Below, one piece after another: positions 28,317-38,390 of a DNA stretch of 64,000 nt; position 1 is the first letter of the stretch, and the number at the start of each line of letters is the position of its first letter. The stretch is from an uncultured virus (IMG/VR IMGVR_UViG_2703719318_000005) (Duplodnaviria; Heunggongvirae; Uroviricota; Caudoviricetes), in IMG/VR virus record IMGVR_UViG_2703719318_000005. One strand, given 5' to 3'. Made by a program: the position numbers and the translations under genes. Below the pieces are notes generated by a model that searched no databases, was not told the DNA's origin, and saw only the letters and a program-made list of their open reading frames with translations.

Positions 28317-28544
28317 ATGATTAAGTCAATAGAAGGTTTAGGATTTAAAGGTGAGTATCTTAAAATGATATTTTTTATGGAAAGCGTTTTTAATATGAAT
28401 GTTGCAAAAATGGGTTCAGAAGAAACAATGTTAGGTTGGATTAATAAGAACTTAGAAAATGCAAAAGAAAGGACAGAAGGACTTACAGATAGAGAAAAAT
28501 TCATCATAGCATTTACAGTTTTACAAACTAAATTAGTTGAATAG
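28317..28544 (+). CDS. Hypothetical phage protein
   Basis: AGGAG RBS. Confidence 0.55.
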   Translation: MIKSIEGLGFKGEYLKMIFFMESVFNMNVAKMGSEETMLGWINKNLENAKERTEGLTDREKFIIAFTVLQTKLVE

Positions 28545-28555
28545 GAGTTGATAGT

Positions 28556-29083
28556 TTGATAGACAAAGAGACCTTTAGAAAGACAGAACGTAAAATATAT
28601 AATTACTTTAAAAAAGATAGAGTGATAAATAGTCTTAAGCATAAGGCAAATATTTTAAATAAACAAGTAGATCAGATAGAGAATCAATTAAAGACAACTA
28701 ATATAGATATTCCTGAGGAGTCTCGAGCAATGACTTATGAAGAGAGAGTTCAGACAAGCTCTACTGGCGAAAGCTATGCCGAAAGAACACTCATGAACAT
28801 TACGGAAAAAAAGATAATGGAACTGGATAGAAAGAAAAAAGAAATTGCAGATATAGAAGAGCAGATAAGAGACATTGAAGTCGATAGTATTATTATAGGG
28901 GATAATATAAGAACATTAAAGAAATATTATTATAAACCACTGGAATTAAAATACAGAGAAGAGTTACCTGACTGGTTAGTAGGGAATAGGCTCCATATAT
29001 CGCAAAGTCAAGCTTGTAGGCGCAGGAAAGAAGCAATTAAAAAAGTTGCAGATTGGGAGGTTTGGAACATAAAAGTTAAGTAA
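28556..29083 (+). CDS. ArpU/RinA-like late transcriptional regulator
   Basis: Last early gene; C-terminal sigma-4-like HTH (LELKY...LHISQSQACRRRKEAI). Confidence 0.75.
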   Translation: MIDKETFRKTERKIYNYFKKDRVINSLKHKANILNKQVDQIENQLKTTNIDIPEESRAMTYEERVQTSSTGESYAERTLMNITEKKIMELDRKKKEIADIEEQIRDIEVDSIIIGDNIRTLKKYYYKPLELKYREELPDWLVGNRLHISQSQACRRRKEAIKKVADWEVWNIKVK

Positions 29084-29205
29084 ACATTTAAGAATAGGGA
29101 ATAAAGGCTAAATCATGCATTAAATATGCATAAAAGACGCATATCACAACTTAAAATTAAGATATATAATAGTATCATGGAAAATTAAATATAAACCAAA
29201 GTTAG

Positions 29206-29233
29206 AGCACTGGTAGAAATACTGGTGCTTTTA
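29206..29233 (+). terminator. Hairpin with GAAA loop and T tract
   Basis: AGCACTGGTA-GAAA-TACTGGTGCT-TTT. Confidence 0.65.
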
Positions 29234-29286
29234 ATTTAGTTGCTAATTAAGGAAAAGGTGGCTGATATTAAATTATTTAGTAGAAA

Positions 29287-29457
29287 CTACTTTTCTTTAC
29301 GTACCCCTTTGAATGGATCATCACTTGATGTTTTTCCATTTATAAATCTTCCAGTACTTGTATCTCTTTCAACCCAAGTATCAGTTTTAGGATTATGAGT
29401 TTGAGAACGTCCCTTAACAGGACCTTTACGATAACCATTACCAGTATTTGAAGCCAT
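29287..29457 (-). CDS. 56-aa basic conserved small protein
   Basis: GGAGG RBS; RKGPVKGRSQ..NPKT..WVERD..TGRF...PFKGVRKEK is a widespread small-protein pattern. Confidence 0.75.
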   Translation of the reverse strand: MASNTGNGYRKGPVKGRSQTHNPKTDTWVERDTSTGRFINGKTSSDDPFKGVRKEK

Positions 29458-29499
29458 ATATATCAATCCTCCATAATAATCAGCCACCTTTTATGGTAA

Positions 29500-29527
29500 T
29501 ATTCAACATAAAATGTAAAATTCCTCT
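29500..29527 (-). promoter_or_regulatory. SigH-like promoter
   Basis: Minus strand AGAGGAATTT...TGTTGAATA matches the AGGA/GAAT consensus. Confidence 0.6.
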
Positions 29528-29578
29528 AAAAGCAAGAAGGATATTGTTTTCTTTTGTTGAAATATTATACAAAGGGAG

Positions 29579-30172
29579 ATGATGTCAATTATTATTAAAT
29601 ATATATTTAAATTAATATGGAGACTTCTGGTCCAAGGTATTGGATTAGTATATATACTACTTAAGCTATTGGTAATACCAGGAATTATCTTTGATTTATT
29701 GATTATATTTTTGAATTTTATATTGTTTGAAAAAGTAAATGATTTTTTCTTTATGAGTAAAATAAGAAAAGAAATAATGCAAGGAATGACATTAAAGAAA
29801 TATAAGAGCATTTTAAAAAATGATTATTACAAAGATAGAATTGCTTTATTATATCAAATACAAAATATTGATAAAGATAATATAATTAATGATAAAAATA
29901 TGGAAAAAATTAATGGTAAAAGAATAAAATGTACTACAAATGAAATTATATATAATCTAGTATTAAAGAAAATAATTAAAAACAGCAATATTGAGAAGGA
30001 TAAGAAATCAATGGTTATACAATCACAGCCAATTGAAAAAATGACATTAATAAATTTCAAAGTTTTATGGAAAAATTTATTAAATAAAAGGTTCTGGAGG
30101 TTTGTATACAGAAAAGAGAAGATAGCTAAATACTTTTTCACAGTTAATAGGAATACCTTTAGATTAAGTTAA
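29579..30172 (+). CDS. Membrane-anchored basic hypothetical protein
   Basis: Hydrophobic N-terminus, very AT-rich. Confidence 0.55.
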   Translation: MMSIIIKYIFKLIWRLLVQGIGLVYILLKLLVIPGIIFDLLIIFLNFILFEKVNDFFFMSKIRKEIMQGMTLKKYKSILKNDYYKDRIALLYQIQNIDKDNIINDKNMEKINGKRIKCTTNEIIYNLVLKKIIKNSNIEKDKKSMVIQSQPIEKMTLINFKVLWKNLLNKRFWRFVYRKEKIAKYFFTVNRNTFRLS

Positions 30173-30237
30173 TAATTTTAAAAGGCAAGCACATGACTAT
30201 TTGATATAGCAGACAAGCTGTTTTAAGGGGTGATAGT

Positions 30238-30678
30238 ATGCAGATAAAAAAGAAATATCGATGTGAAAAAGGCAGAAAATGCACTGTGAATATTTCAGTT
30301 GAAAGTAAAAAAAATACTCTTCAAAAAATATTCAAACAATTCATTGGAGAGTGTAACGAAATATATGATAACATTGAATATATTAATATTATGGATTTAA
30401 ATAATAAGGAGCTATTAGAAAAAAATAAAATAGAATATGTTACTAAGATTACCAATAAATTTGTTGAAGAAATTAATTATATACCAATAGGATTAATTGA
30501 TTTTACGAGTATAAGTAATAATTCAAGTGAGTTGAAATTATATATTAATAATTCTGATTTATATAAAGCTGAGCAAATATTAGAGAACATAGAAGAAGCC
30601 ATAACTATTAAGCATGAATCAGTAAAAATGAAAAATAGATGTTATGGGATGAGTAATAAAATTATACAACTAGATTAA
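30238..30678 (+). CDS. Hypothetical protein
   Basis: GGGGTGA RBS, followed by a terminator. Confidence 0.55.
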   Translation: MQIKKKYRCEKGRKCTVNISVESKKNTLQKIFKQFIGECNEIYDNIEYINIMDLNNKELLEKNKIEYVTKITNKFVEEINYIPIGLIDFTSISNNSSELKLYINNSDLYKAEQILENIEEAITIKHESVKMKNRCYGMSNKIIQLD

Positions 30679-30725
30679 AGAGCTCTTAACAGGCTCTTTT
30701 TTAGTTTGAATGTAGGTGGAATTAA

Positions 30726-30878
30726 TTGAATAAGATTAGAAAATTATTATGTAAGATTGGAGTATATAAACATACAATTGAATCACCTAATGATATGACA
30801 ATTAGATATAAAGGTATACTGCTAGTACCACAAGTGAAATTCTGCGAAGTATGTGGTAAGCTTATTGAAATTAGATAA
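30726..30878 (+). CDS. 50-aa Zn-ribbon-like small protein
   Basis: KLLCKIG...FCEVCGK; AGGTGG RBS. Confidence 0.5.
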   Translation: MNKIRKLLCKIGVYKHTIESPNDMTIRYKGILLVPQVKFCEVCGKLIEIR

Positions 30879-30938
30879 TAGCAATAAGGGTTCTTAATGG
30901 GACTCTTTTTTTATACCCAAAATTAAGGAGGAATCAGG

Positions 30939-31307
30939 TTGATTTTTGATATACAAATATTAAAAATAAATTATGATGTAGATTGGCAGGATGTATATAA
31001 TGAGAACTTTAAACAAAGAGAATTTAGACTAAGTGGATACAAAATAGAATATTTTTTAAATAAATATATAAGAACTAAGAGTTCCAGAATAAAAAGAAAA
31101 CTTTATAAGAGGATATGGAATATATGGATGAATATATAGGATATATAAATGGTACAAGTAATAATATAGTAGGTGTTCATATGGCTGGAGAAGAAGGATC
31201 GGAACTTATTAATTTTAAAGGTGGAGAAAAAATATAGCTTAGAGAAACAACTTAAAAAGTTTATTGAAACCAATACTACAATAAGAACAGTTAATAAGGA
31301 GATATAG
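30939..31307 (+). pseudogene. Frameshifted ORF containing a tape-measure-type GEEGxE motif
   Basis: 66-aa ORF continues in another frame as GYINGTSN...AGEEGSELINFKGGEKI. Confidence 0.4.
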
Positions 31308-31310
31308 TAT

Positions 31311-31460
31311 ATGCAGACATTAAGATGCACTAAATGCGGTAAAGTTCTGTTAGAAGCAGAAGGAGAAGCTTACATAAGAAAAAAATGCCCTAAGTGTAAG
31401 ACTATAAATGAATTCCACATAGAGAAAGGCATTATACAACCAATACATAAATCAAATTAA
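31311..31460 (+). CDS. Com-family zinc-ribbon protein
   Basis: LRCTKCGKVLLEA...KKCPKCKTIN. Confidence 0.75.
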   Translation: MQTLRCTKCGKVLLEAEGEAYIRKKCPKCKTINEFHIEKGIIQPIHKSN

Positions 31461-31475
31461 AGAGAGGTTTTATAA

Positions 31476-31853
31476 ATGAAAGAATTAGCCACTATTCAAA
31501 AAAGAGAAAAACTAAATGAAGTCTGGACAATAGATGAAAAAGGACCAGGAGGAGCACATCATAACTATATAATAGTAAGCAATGAAGTTAACTTTAAAAA
31601 TCAACAACCTTTATTTGCTACTGAAATACAATTCCAAAAGGGCGCAAGAAAAGAAGAAAGTTCAACACATGGTGTTATAGATACAGACCTATTAGAAATA
31701 GTAAGAGATAGGTTAAAGTCTTTTCAATCAGGGCAATATTCATCAAGAGAAAATGCATGTGCATTAACTCATATAGAAGAAGCTTTGATGTGGCTTAATC
31801 GAAGAGTAGAAGACAGAATTGAAAGAGATGTATTAGGGACAAATAATAAATAA
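31476..31853 (+). CDS. tad1: Tad1 Thoeris anti-defence (gcADPR sponge)
   Basis: [14 protein letters not shown]...GPGGAHH...FQKGARKEE...[19 protein letters not shown]...[27 protein letters not shown], closely resembling clostridial Tad1. Confidence 0.88.
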   Translation: MKELATIQKREKLNEVWTIDEKGPGGAHHNYIIVSNEVNFKNQQPLFATEIQFQKGARKEESSTHGVIDTDLLEIVRDRLKSFQSGQYSSRENACALTHIEEALMWLNRRVEDRIERDVLGTNNK

Positions 31854-31871
31854 TTAAATATAAGCACACCA

Positions 31872-31920
31872 AGCGTGTCAGTTATTCCTTAATTGGAGTA
31901 ATTGGCACGCTTTATTTTTT
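31872..31920 (+). terminator. Long hairpin terminator
   Basis: AGCGTGTCAGTTATTCC...GGAGTAATTGGCACGCT then T tract. Confidence 0.75.
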
Positions 31921-31938
31921 GCATTTAAATAGTGGGAG

Positions 31939-32223
31939 GTGGTGAGATTACATATGACGGATTTATTAAAGAGAAAAGGAATTTTTAGAATATCAAGAGA
32001 CTTAATTATTAAAGAGCCAAAAGGTGTAATGGAGATTTTAAAAGATATCTTGATAATTAAAGCAGAAAATAACTTTGCTACAAATGATGTTGTTTATTGG
32101 GGATGTTCTGAGCATTTTGAAATTTTAGAACCAGCTGAAATCCTACCAACTTATAATGCTGAAATAACTAAAGAGGAGAATGGAATTATGGTTATGTGGT
32201 ATAAAGTAAACGAAACAAAGTGA
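31939..32223 (+). CDS. Hypothetical phage protein
   Basis: GGAGGTG RBS. Confidence 0.55.
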   Translation: MVRLHMTDLLKRKGIFRISRDLIIKEPKGVMEILKDILIIKAENNFATNDVVYWGCSEHFEILEPAEILPTYNAEITKEENGIMVMWYKVNETK

Positions 32224-32233
32224 GGTGGTGATA

Positions 32234-33142
32234 ATGAATAATGCTAGAGCACCAGATAAAAAAGAACTAATACGTAAAGCATATGAAGCAGGAGAAGGAA
32301 GTTTTCAATATCTTGCGGATAAGTATGGTGTTAAAGTTGGCACTATAAAGAGTTGGAGTAAAAGAGATAGAGAAAATGGTGAACCGTGGATAAAGATAAA
32401 GAGGAAAACAAGGCATGCAACCAAAAGAAAAAAGAAAGCAACCAAACAAAAAACCGAAGCTAATGCAACCGAAATGAAAACAGAAAAGGTTGCAAAAGAT
32501 GGAAAAGAAGAAAAAACTTTTTCTAATGATAAAATGGTTGAAGCTTATAAACTTACAGAAAGACAAAAATTATTTGCTGAGATATATGTTAGAACACCAA
32601 TAGCATATAAAGCAGCAATAAAGGCTGGGTATTCTCCTAGTACTGCATACGTAGAAAGTTCTAGATTGCTAAGAGTTGCTAAGGTGAAAGCCTATATAGA
32701 TTACTTAAAAGAATTAAAGAGGCAATCCATAATGTTAGAAGTAGAAGATCTAGTTGATTTGAATATGCGAATAGCATTTGGAGATATAAAAGATTATGTA
32801 AGTTTTGGACAAAGAAGAGTACCAATAATTAATAATGGTAAAGTAGTTATGATGGAAAACTCAGTAACAGGGCAAGAAGAAGTATTGACTAAGAAAATAA
32901 ATGTAGTAGAGCTTAAAGAAGACTTCGAGGTTGATGGAGAAATAATATCAGAAATAAAAACCAGTAGGCAAGGAACTAGCGTAAAGTTAGAAGATAGGCA
33001 GAAAGCTATTCAATGGTTAACTGATTACTTTGGTTGGAATCCGGATAGCAAATATAAAAAGGATTTTGATAATAAGAAGTTGCAACTTGAGAGAGAAAGA
33101 CTAGATCACCAAAAGGAAGTAGACAAAAATAAAATGTGGTAA
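32234..33142 (+). CDS. Terminase small subunit-like protein (HTH plus Terminase_2-type domain)
   Basis: LADKYGVKVGTIKSWSKR HTH; LTERQKLFAEIY..AAIKAGYS. Confidence 0.8.
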   Translation: MNNARAPDKKELIRKAYEAGEGSFQYLADKYGVKVGTIKSWSKRDRENGEPWIKIKRKTRHATKRKKKATKQKTEANATEMKTEKVAKDGKEEKTFSNDKMVEAYKLTERQKLFAEIYVRTPIAYKAAIKAGYSPSTAYVESSRLLRVAKVKAYIDYLKELKRQSIMLEVEDLVDLNMRIAFGDIKDYVSFGQRRVPIINNGKVVMMENSVTGQEEVLTKKINVVELKEDFEVDGEIISEIKTSRQGTSVKLEDRQKAIQWLTDYFGWNPDSKYKKDFDNKKLQLERERLDHQKEVDKNKMW

Positions 33143-33156
33143 GGAGGTAATGTATT

Positions 33157-33321
33157 ATGCCAGGAACAAAGAAGGATGAAAAGATAATAGTGTTAAGAAA
33201 ACAAAGTTCACTTATTGACTCAAAAATAGATGAAGAAGAAGACAAGTATAAAAAGAAATTTGGTTGTAAGGTTGTTATACTTGAACCAGGGTTAGAGTTG
33301 GTGGATATAATAAATGGCTAA
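33157..33321 (+). CDS. 54-aa hypothetical protein
   Basis: AAGGAGGT RBS. Confidence 0.5.
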   Translation: MPGTKKDEKIIVLRKQSSLIDSKIDEEEDKYKKKFGCKVVILEPGLELVDIING

Positions 33322-34012
33322 GTATTCTATATTACAGAACTTCTATGCTTCAAGTAAGTGGAGATCACTAAGATTTAATCTTATTATGGAAAGAAGCAAC
33401 TCAAAAGGAATTGTTATATGTGAGAAATGTAAGAAACCAATACTGAAACCTATAGATGTACATGGTCATCATAAGATAGAACTGACACCTGAAAATGTTA
33501 ATGACTATAGTATAAGTCTTAATCCTGATAATATAGAATTGATATGCCATGAGTGCCATGATAAGGAGCATCATAGGTTTGGGTATAGACCATCTAAGAG
33601 AGTCTACTTAGTATATGGACCACCAATGAGTGGGAAGAGTACATTCGTAAAAGAAAACATGGAACGTGGTGACTTAGTAATTGATATGGATAAGTTATAT
33701 AAAGCAATATCGTTGCAATCAAACTATGATAAACCTGATAATCTTTTAATGAATGTAATAGGAGTTAGAAACCTATTGATAGATAATGTAAAGACAAGAT
33801 ATGGTAAGTGGTATAACGCTTGGATAGTTGGAGGATATGCTGATAAATACAAAAGAGAAATGACAGCAGATGCACTAGGTGCAGAGTTGGTATATATGGA
33901 TGTTAGTAAAGAGGAATGCTATTCAAGACTTAAGCAAGATGAAGAAAGACAATACAGAATAAAGGAATGGCAGGAATATATTGACCGATGGTTTCAAAGC
34001 TACTCAGTGTGA
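33314..34012 (+). CDS. HNH endonuclease fused to a P-loop domain
   Basis: CEKC..HGHHKI..NIELICHECHDKEH; GPPMSGKST. Confidence 0.88.
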   Translation: MAKYSILQNFYASSKWRSLRFNLIMERSNSKGIVICEKCKKPILKPIDVHGHHKIELTPENVNDYSISLNPDNIELICHECHDKEHHRFGYRPSKRVYLVYGPPMSGKSTFVKENMERGDLVIDMDKLYKAISLQSNYDKPDNLLMNVIGVRNLLIDNVKTRYGKWYNAWIVGGYADKYKREMTADALGAELVYMDVSKEECYSRLKQDEERQYRIKEWQEYIDRWFQSYSV

Positions 34013-34119
34013 GAATCCCCCCCACATTTCTAAAAAACGAAAGGTCGGTAAGACCGGTGTGAATACCCAATTTCAACACAAGCCTTAAAATTTAAAAATC
34101 GGCTGAGAGGTGTGGAAAA

Positions 34120-34446
34120 ATGTCGAAACAAAAGGTATATGAACAAGAATTAGAGAAATTGAACAATTTATTTAAGGAAGTTGAAGAATCTAGAAGGCAA
34201 TTAACAGAAGGCTTAATTGAATCAGCAGCCTTTTTATTTGCAGAGAATAAAGAAATTGAAGGGTTGTTAAATAAAACAGGAATGATTAAAGTACATCCCA
34301 AACATCCAGAATTACAAAAGAATATTCCAGCAGCTGAACAATATAGAAAGAATTTAAATAGTTATTCTATAGTAATTAAATCTTTAAATAGTGTTCTTGA
34401 TACAGTAAATAATGATGATGACGACGACATGGATGAGTTTGAATAG
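34120..34446 (+). CDS. Terminase small subunit (cos/HK97-type)
   Basis: Between HNH and TerL; acidic tail. Confidence 0.7.
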   Translation: MSKQKVYEQELEKLNNLFKEVEESRRQLTEGLIESAAFLFAENKEIEGLLNKTGMIKVHPKHPELQKNIPAAEQYRKNLNSYSIVIKSLNSVLDTVNNDDDDDMDEFE

Positions 34447-34460
34447 TAGGTATAGTTCTT

Positions 34461-36197
34461 ATGAATATAATAGATTTAACTTATAACGGTCAATATTCTT
34501 GGCTTTTAGAATACGTTAATAAATGCAAAAGCGGAGAAATAATTATTGGTCATGAATTAATGTTACAACTTGATATACTTTTAGAACACTTTAATGATCC
34601 TAACATAAATATAGATTTATCTGATGCACATAAAAGAATTAAATTCATAGAAACTAAATGTAAACATAGTGAAGCACCTTTTGCAGGGAAACCATTTATA
34701 TTACTACTTTATCAGAAAGCCTTTATAGAAGCTATTTACAGCTTCAAAATATATGATGAAGAGATAGGAAGAAATGTACGTTTATATCAAGACGTGCTTT
34801 TTTTAGTTGGTAGAAAAAACGGTAAAACTCCTTTAATTTCCGCCATTTGTTTGGCTGAATGGTTCTGTGGCCCTATGGGATTAAAGATATTATGTTCAAG
34901 TAATGACTATGAATCAGCAGGCTTGATGTTTGATGCTATGAATTCAATGCGTGAAGATAGTCCTTCATTGGAAAAGTTAACTAGAAAAACTATAAAAGGC
35001 ATGTTCTTTGGTAATCCTAAAAAGAGAAAAAAGAAGGGAAAATTTTCATATCAGAACAAAGGTACAATAAAGAAAATATCAGCTAAAACAGGAGCTAAAG
35101 AAGGACGTAATATTGGTGTTGGTGCCGTAGATGAAGTACATGAATTGAAAGATAATAGTTCTATAATGCCTATTAGGCAAGCACTATCAACTCAAGATGA
35201 ACCACTATATTTTGAGCTTACAACAGAAGGAATTGTTAATGATGGCTATTTAGATGATAGATTAAAAGAAGCAAGACAAGTACTTAGTTATGAACTTGAT
35301 AGACCTCGTTGGCTTATATGGCTTTATACTCAGGATACTGAGCAAGAAATTTGGCAGAATGAAGAAAGCTGGTATAAATCTAATCCTAGTCTTGGGGTTG
35401 TAAAGAAAAGAAGCTTTTTAAGACAAATGATTGATGAAGCTAAAACAAGTAAACCAACTAGAGTTTTTGTACTTAGTAAGGATTTTAATGTAAAACAAAA
35501 TAATTCGGCTGCATGGTTAATGGCTGATGATATTAAAAATGAAACTACTTTTAATATTGAGGATTTTAGAAATTGTTTTGGAATTGGTGGAGTTGATTTA
35601 AGTAAAACAGGAGATTTGACCAGTGCTAGAGTTATGCTTATGAAACCTAATGATGAACATAAATATTTTTACCAGCATTATTTTATACCTGAAAGCAAAC
35701 TTGAAAAGCTCAGTAAAGAAGATTTAGAAAGATTTAAAGAGTGGATAAGGCAAGATTTTATAACTGTATGTCCAGGTAATGAAAATGATTTTAGCTTAGT
35801 TACAGCTTGGTTCTACAAGTTATTTAAGGACTATAATATAAGAATATTTATGACTGGCTATGATAAATGGAGCGCTATTTATTGGGTTAAAGAAATGGAG
35901 AGTTATGGATTTGACTTAAAGAGAATAAATCAGGATTTCGGAACTATGAGCGATGCAATGAAATTAGTTGAAAGTGATCTTAAGAGTAATCTTATAGTTT
36001 ATAATAATAATCCAATTGATAAATGGTGTCTTGAAAATACGGCATTTGTTTTAAATACTAAACAAGATATAATGCCTGTTAAAGTGCAGGGGCAAGATGA
36101 TAAAAAGATAGATGGAGCTGTTACAATGATAATTTGCTATAGAGTATACATTGATAATAGACCAGATTATTTACAATTAGTTAAAAGAACCGCTTAA
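34461..36197 (+). CDS. Terminase large subunit
   Basis: GRKNGKT, DEVHE, GGVDLS..DL, KIDGAV. Confidence 0.95.
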   Translation: MNIIDLTYNGQYSWLLEYVNKCKSGEIIIGHELMLQLDILLEHFNDPNINIDLSDAHKRIKFIETKCKHSEAPFAGKPFILLLYQKAFIEAIYSFKIYDEEIGRNVRLYQDVLFLVGRKNGKTPLISAICLAEWFCGPMGLKILCSSNDYESAGLMFDAMNSMREDSPSLEKLTRKTIKGMFFGNPKKRKKKGKFSYQNKGTIKKISAKTGAKEGRNIGVGAVDEVHELKDNSSIMPIRQALSTQDEPLYFELTTEGIVNDGYLDDRLKEARQVLSYELDRPRWLIWLYTQDTEQEIWQNEESWYKSNPSLGVVKKRSFLRQMIDEAKTSKPTRVFVLSKDFNVKQNNSAAWLMADDIKNETTFNIEDFRNCFGIGGVDLSKTGDLTSARVMLMKPNDEHKYFYQHYFIPESKLEKLSKEDLERFKEWIRQDFITVCPGNENDFSLVTAWFYKLFKDYNIRIFMTGYDKWSAIYWVKEMESYGFDLKRINQDFGTMSDAMKLVESDLKSNLIVYNNNPIDKWCLENTAFVLNTKQDIMPVKVQGQDDKKIDGAVTMIICYRVYIDNRPDYLQLVKRTA

Positions 36198-36209
36198 GGT
36201 GGTGATAAT

Positions 36210-36407
36210 GTGATAAGAAAAGTAAAAAAGACAATAAGTTTATTTGCTAATGTTATTTCTAAGATGCTTGATGATATATTTTGCATTTTGGGAATAACAT
36301 TTTTAGATATTGGAGCTTTTAAAATAAGTTCAGCAGTAGGATATATAGTTGTGGGCGTATGCTTTTTAGTATTCGCTTTTTTTATTGCAAAAAAGAGAGG
36401 AGAATAA
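36210..36407 (+). CDS. Small membrane protein
   Basis: Two hydrophobic segments; typical gene between TerL and portal. Confidence 0.65.
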   Translation: MIRKVKKTISLFANVISKMLDDIFCILGITFLDIGAFKISSAVGYIVVGVCFLVFAFFIAKKRGE

Positions 36408-36410
36408 TAC

Positions 36411-37676
36411 ATGTTTTTGCAGAGTTTACTTAATACAAATAATAAAAAGAATACACAAATGCAATATGCAAAAATGTTAAATGGAAGTGTCCCTATCTTT
36501 TCGCAATTTGGTCAGAACATATATGCTTCAGATATAGTTCAGAACTGCATTGATGTAATAGCAACTGAATGTAGTAAGCTTCAACCTAAGCATATATTTA
36601 TAAACTCAAAAGGTATTCAAAAAATACCTAAAAGCACTGTTAATAAGTTATTTCAATTCGCACCTAATGAGCTTATGACTATAAGTGAATTCATTGAAAA
36701 AACAGTTTGGCTGCTTTATATGAATTATAACGTATTTATTTACCCTACGTATACCACATATAAGGATGCTATGGGGAATCAACAAATTTATTATACTGGT
36801 TTTTATCCTTTAAATCCTATACAGACGGATTTTTTAGAAGATACAGCTAATAATTTATTTGTTAAATTTCATTTTCGTAATGGTGAGGACTATACATTGC
36901 CATATAGTGATGTAATTCATATAAGAAAGAAATTTAGTGTGAATGATATTATGGGCGGTGGATTGAATGGACAGCCAGATAATTCAGCATTGTTAAAAGT
37001 ACTTGAAATAAATGATACAGTATTGCAAGGGGTTGGAATGGCAGTAAAATCAACACTTTCTATCAGAGGAATTTTAAAAATAAATACTATGTTAGATGAT
37101 GTAAAACAGCAAAAAGAAAGAACTGCATTTGAAGAAAAAATTAAATCTGGTGATAGTGGAATACTGCCTATGGATTTGAAGGGTGAATATACACCTATTG
37201 ATGTAGATCCTAAATTAATTGATAAAGATACGATGGAATTCATAGATAGTAAAGTTTTGCGTTGGTATCATGTTTCATTGGCAATCATAAGTGGCAATTA
37301 TACCGACAATGAATACCAGGCATTTTATGAGCAGTGTCTTGAACCTGTATTAATTAGGCTTGGCCAAGCATTTTCAAAGTGCTTGTTTAGTCAAAGACAA
37401 TTGGATGTAGGAAATATGATTGTATTTTATCAAAAGGATATGACATATTTAAGCACTCAGTCAAAGCTTGATTTATTAAATATAGCAGGAGCACAAGGAC
37501 TTTTAACTGACGACCAAAAGCTATCTATATTGGGTTATCCTCCATTATGTGATGGCACAGGAGGAAGAAGGACCATAAGTCTTAACTATGTTGACACTAA
37601 TGTAGCTACGCAATATCAACTTATGAATGCAAATAAAAATAATGCGAATGGAGGTAATAATAATGGCAAAGAATAA
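36411..37676 (+). CDS. HK97-family portal protein
   Basis: Position, size, PNELMT and DVIHIR motifs. Confidence 0.9.
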   Translation: MFLQSLLNTNNKKNTQMQYAKMLNGSVPIFSQFGQNIYASDIVQNCIDVIATECSKLQPKHIFINSKGIQKIPKSTVNKLFQFAPNELMTISEFIEKTVWLLYMNYNVFIYPTYTTYKDAMGNQQIYYTGFYPLNPIQTDFLEDTANNLFVKFHFRNGEDYTLPYSDVIHIRKKFSVNDIMGGGLNGQPDNSALLKVLEINDTVLQGVGMAVKSTLSIRGILKINTMLDDVKQQKERTAFEEKIKSGDSGILPMDLKGEYTPIDVDPKLIDKDTMEFIDSKVLRWYHVSLAIISGNYTDNEYQAFYEQCLEPVLIRLGQAFSKCLFSQRQLDVGNMIVFYQKDMTYLSTQSKLDLLNIAGAQGLLTDDQKLSILGYPPLCDGTGGRRTISLNYVDTNVATQYQLMNANKNNANGGNNNGKE

Positions 37677-38373
37677 ATTTCCTAAAACAGGTGAAAAAAC
37701 AAAACGTAATTTTGCTATGGCAGATTTACGAGCATTAGATTCACCAGAAGATGGTGAAGGTTCGACTATAAGCGGACATGCCGCAGTATTTGACCAGACA
37801 GTAAATATAGCTAATTGGTTTAATGAAGTAATAGAAAGAGGGGCATTTGATAATACTGATTTTAAAGATGTTTTACTAAGCGTTAATCATGATTTGGATA
37901 AAATACCACTAGCCAGAAGTAGAAACAATAATGCTAACTCAACATTACAGTTAAGCGTTGACAATGTGGGACTAGCAATTAGAGCAGACCTTGATACTGA
38001 AAATAACAATGATGCAAAAAGTTTATATAGTTCAATCTCCAGAGGGGATATGGATGGTATGAGCTTTATTTTTTATGTTGCAGAAGAGAGATGGGAAGAT
38101 TTAGACACTGATATGCCTACAAGACATATTCTTGCAATTGATAAAGTCGTTGAAGTTTCTGTTGTAAGTTTTCCAGCTTATGATGGTACAGATATAGCAC
38201 TTTCAAGAGATAAAGAAGCGTTGGATAACGCAAAACTTGTGTTGGATAATGCAAGAGCTGAAAAATTGAAATTGGATAATCTCAATAAAGATGAAGAGTT
38301 GGATAACTCTGAAAAAAGGCAAGATCTTGAATTTGAAAAGCTCAAATATGAGATGTTAGCAGATTTAAAATAA
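37663..38373 (+). CDS. HK97-family prohead protease
   Basis: GHAAVF, NHD, GMSFIF, EVSVVSFPAY. Confidence 0.92.
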   Translation: MAKNKFPKTGEKTKRNFAMADLRALDSPEDGEGSTISGHAAVFDQTVNIANWFNEVIERGAFDNTDFKDVLLSVNHDLDKIPLARSRNNNANSTLQLSVDNVGLAIRADLDTENNNDAKSLYSSISRGDMDGMSFIFYVAEERWEDLDTDMPTRHILAIDKVVEVSVVSFPAYDGTDIALSRDKEALDNAKLVLDNARAEKLKLDNLNKDEELDNSEKRQDLEFEKLKYEMLADLK

Positions 38374-38390
38374 GGGAAGGATGATATTAA

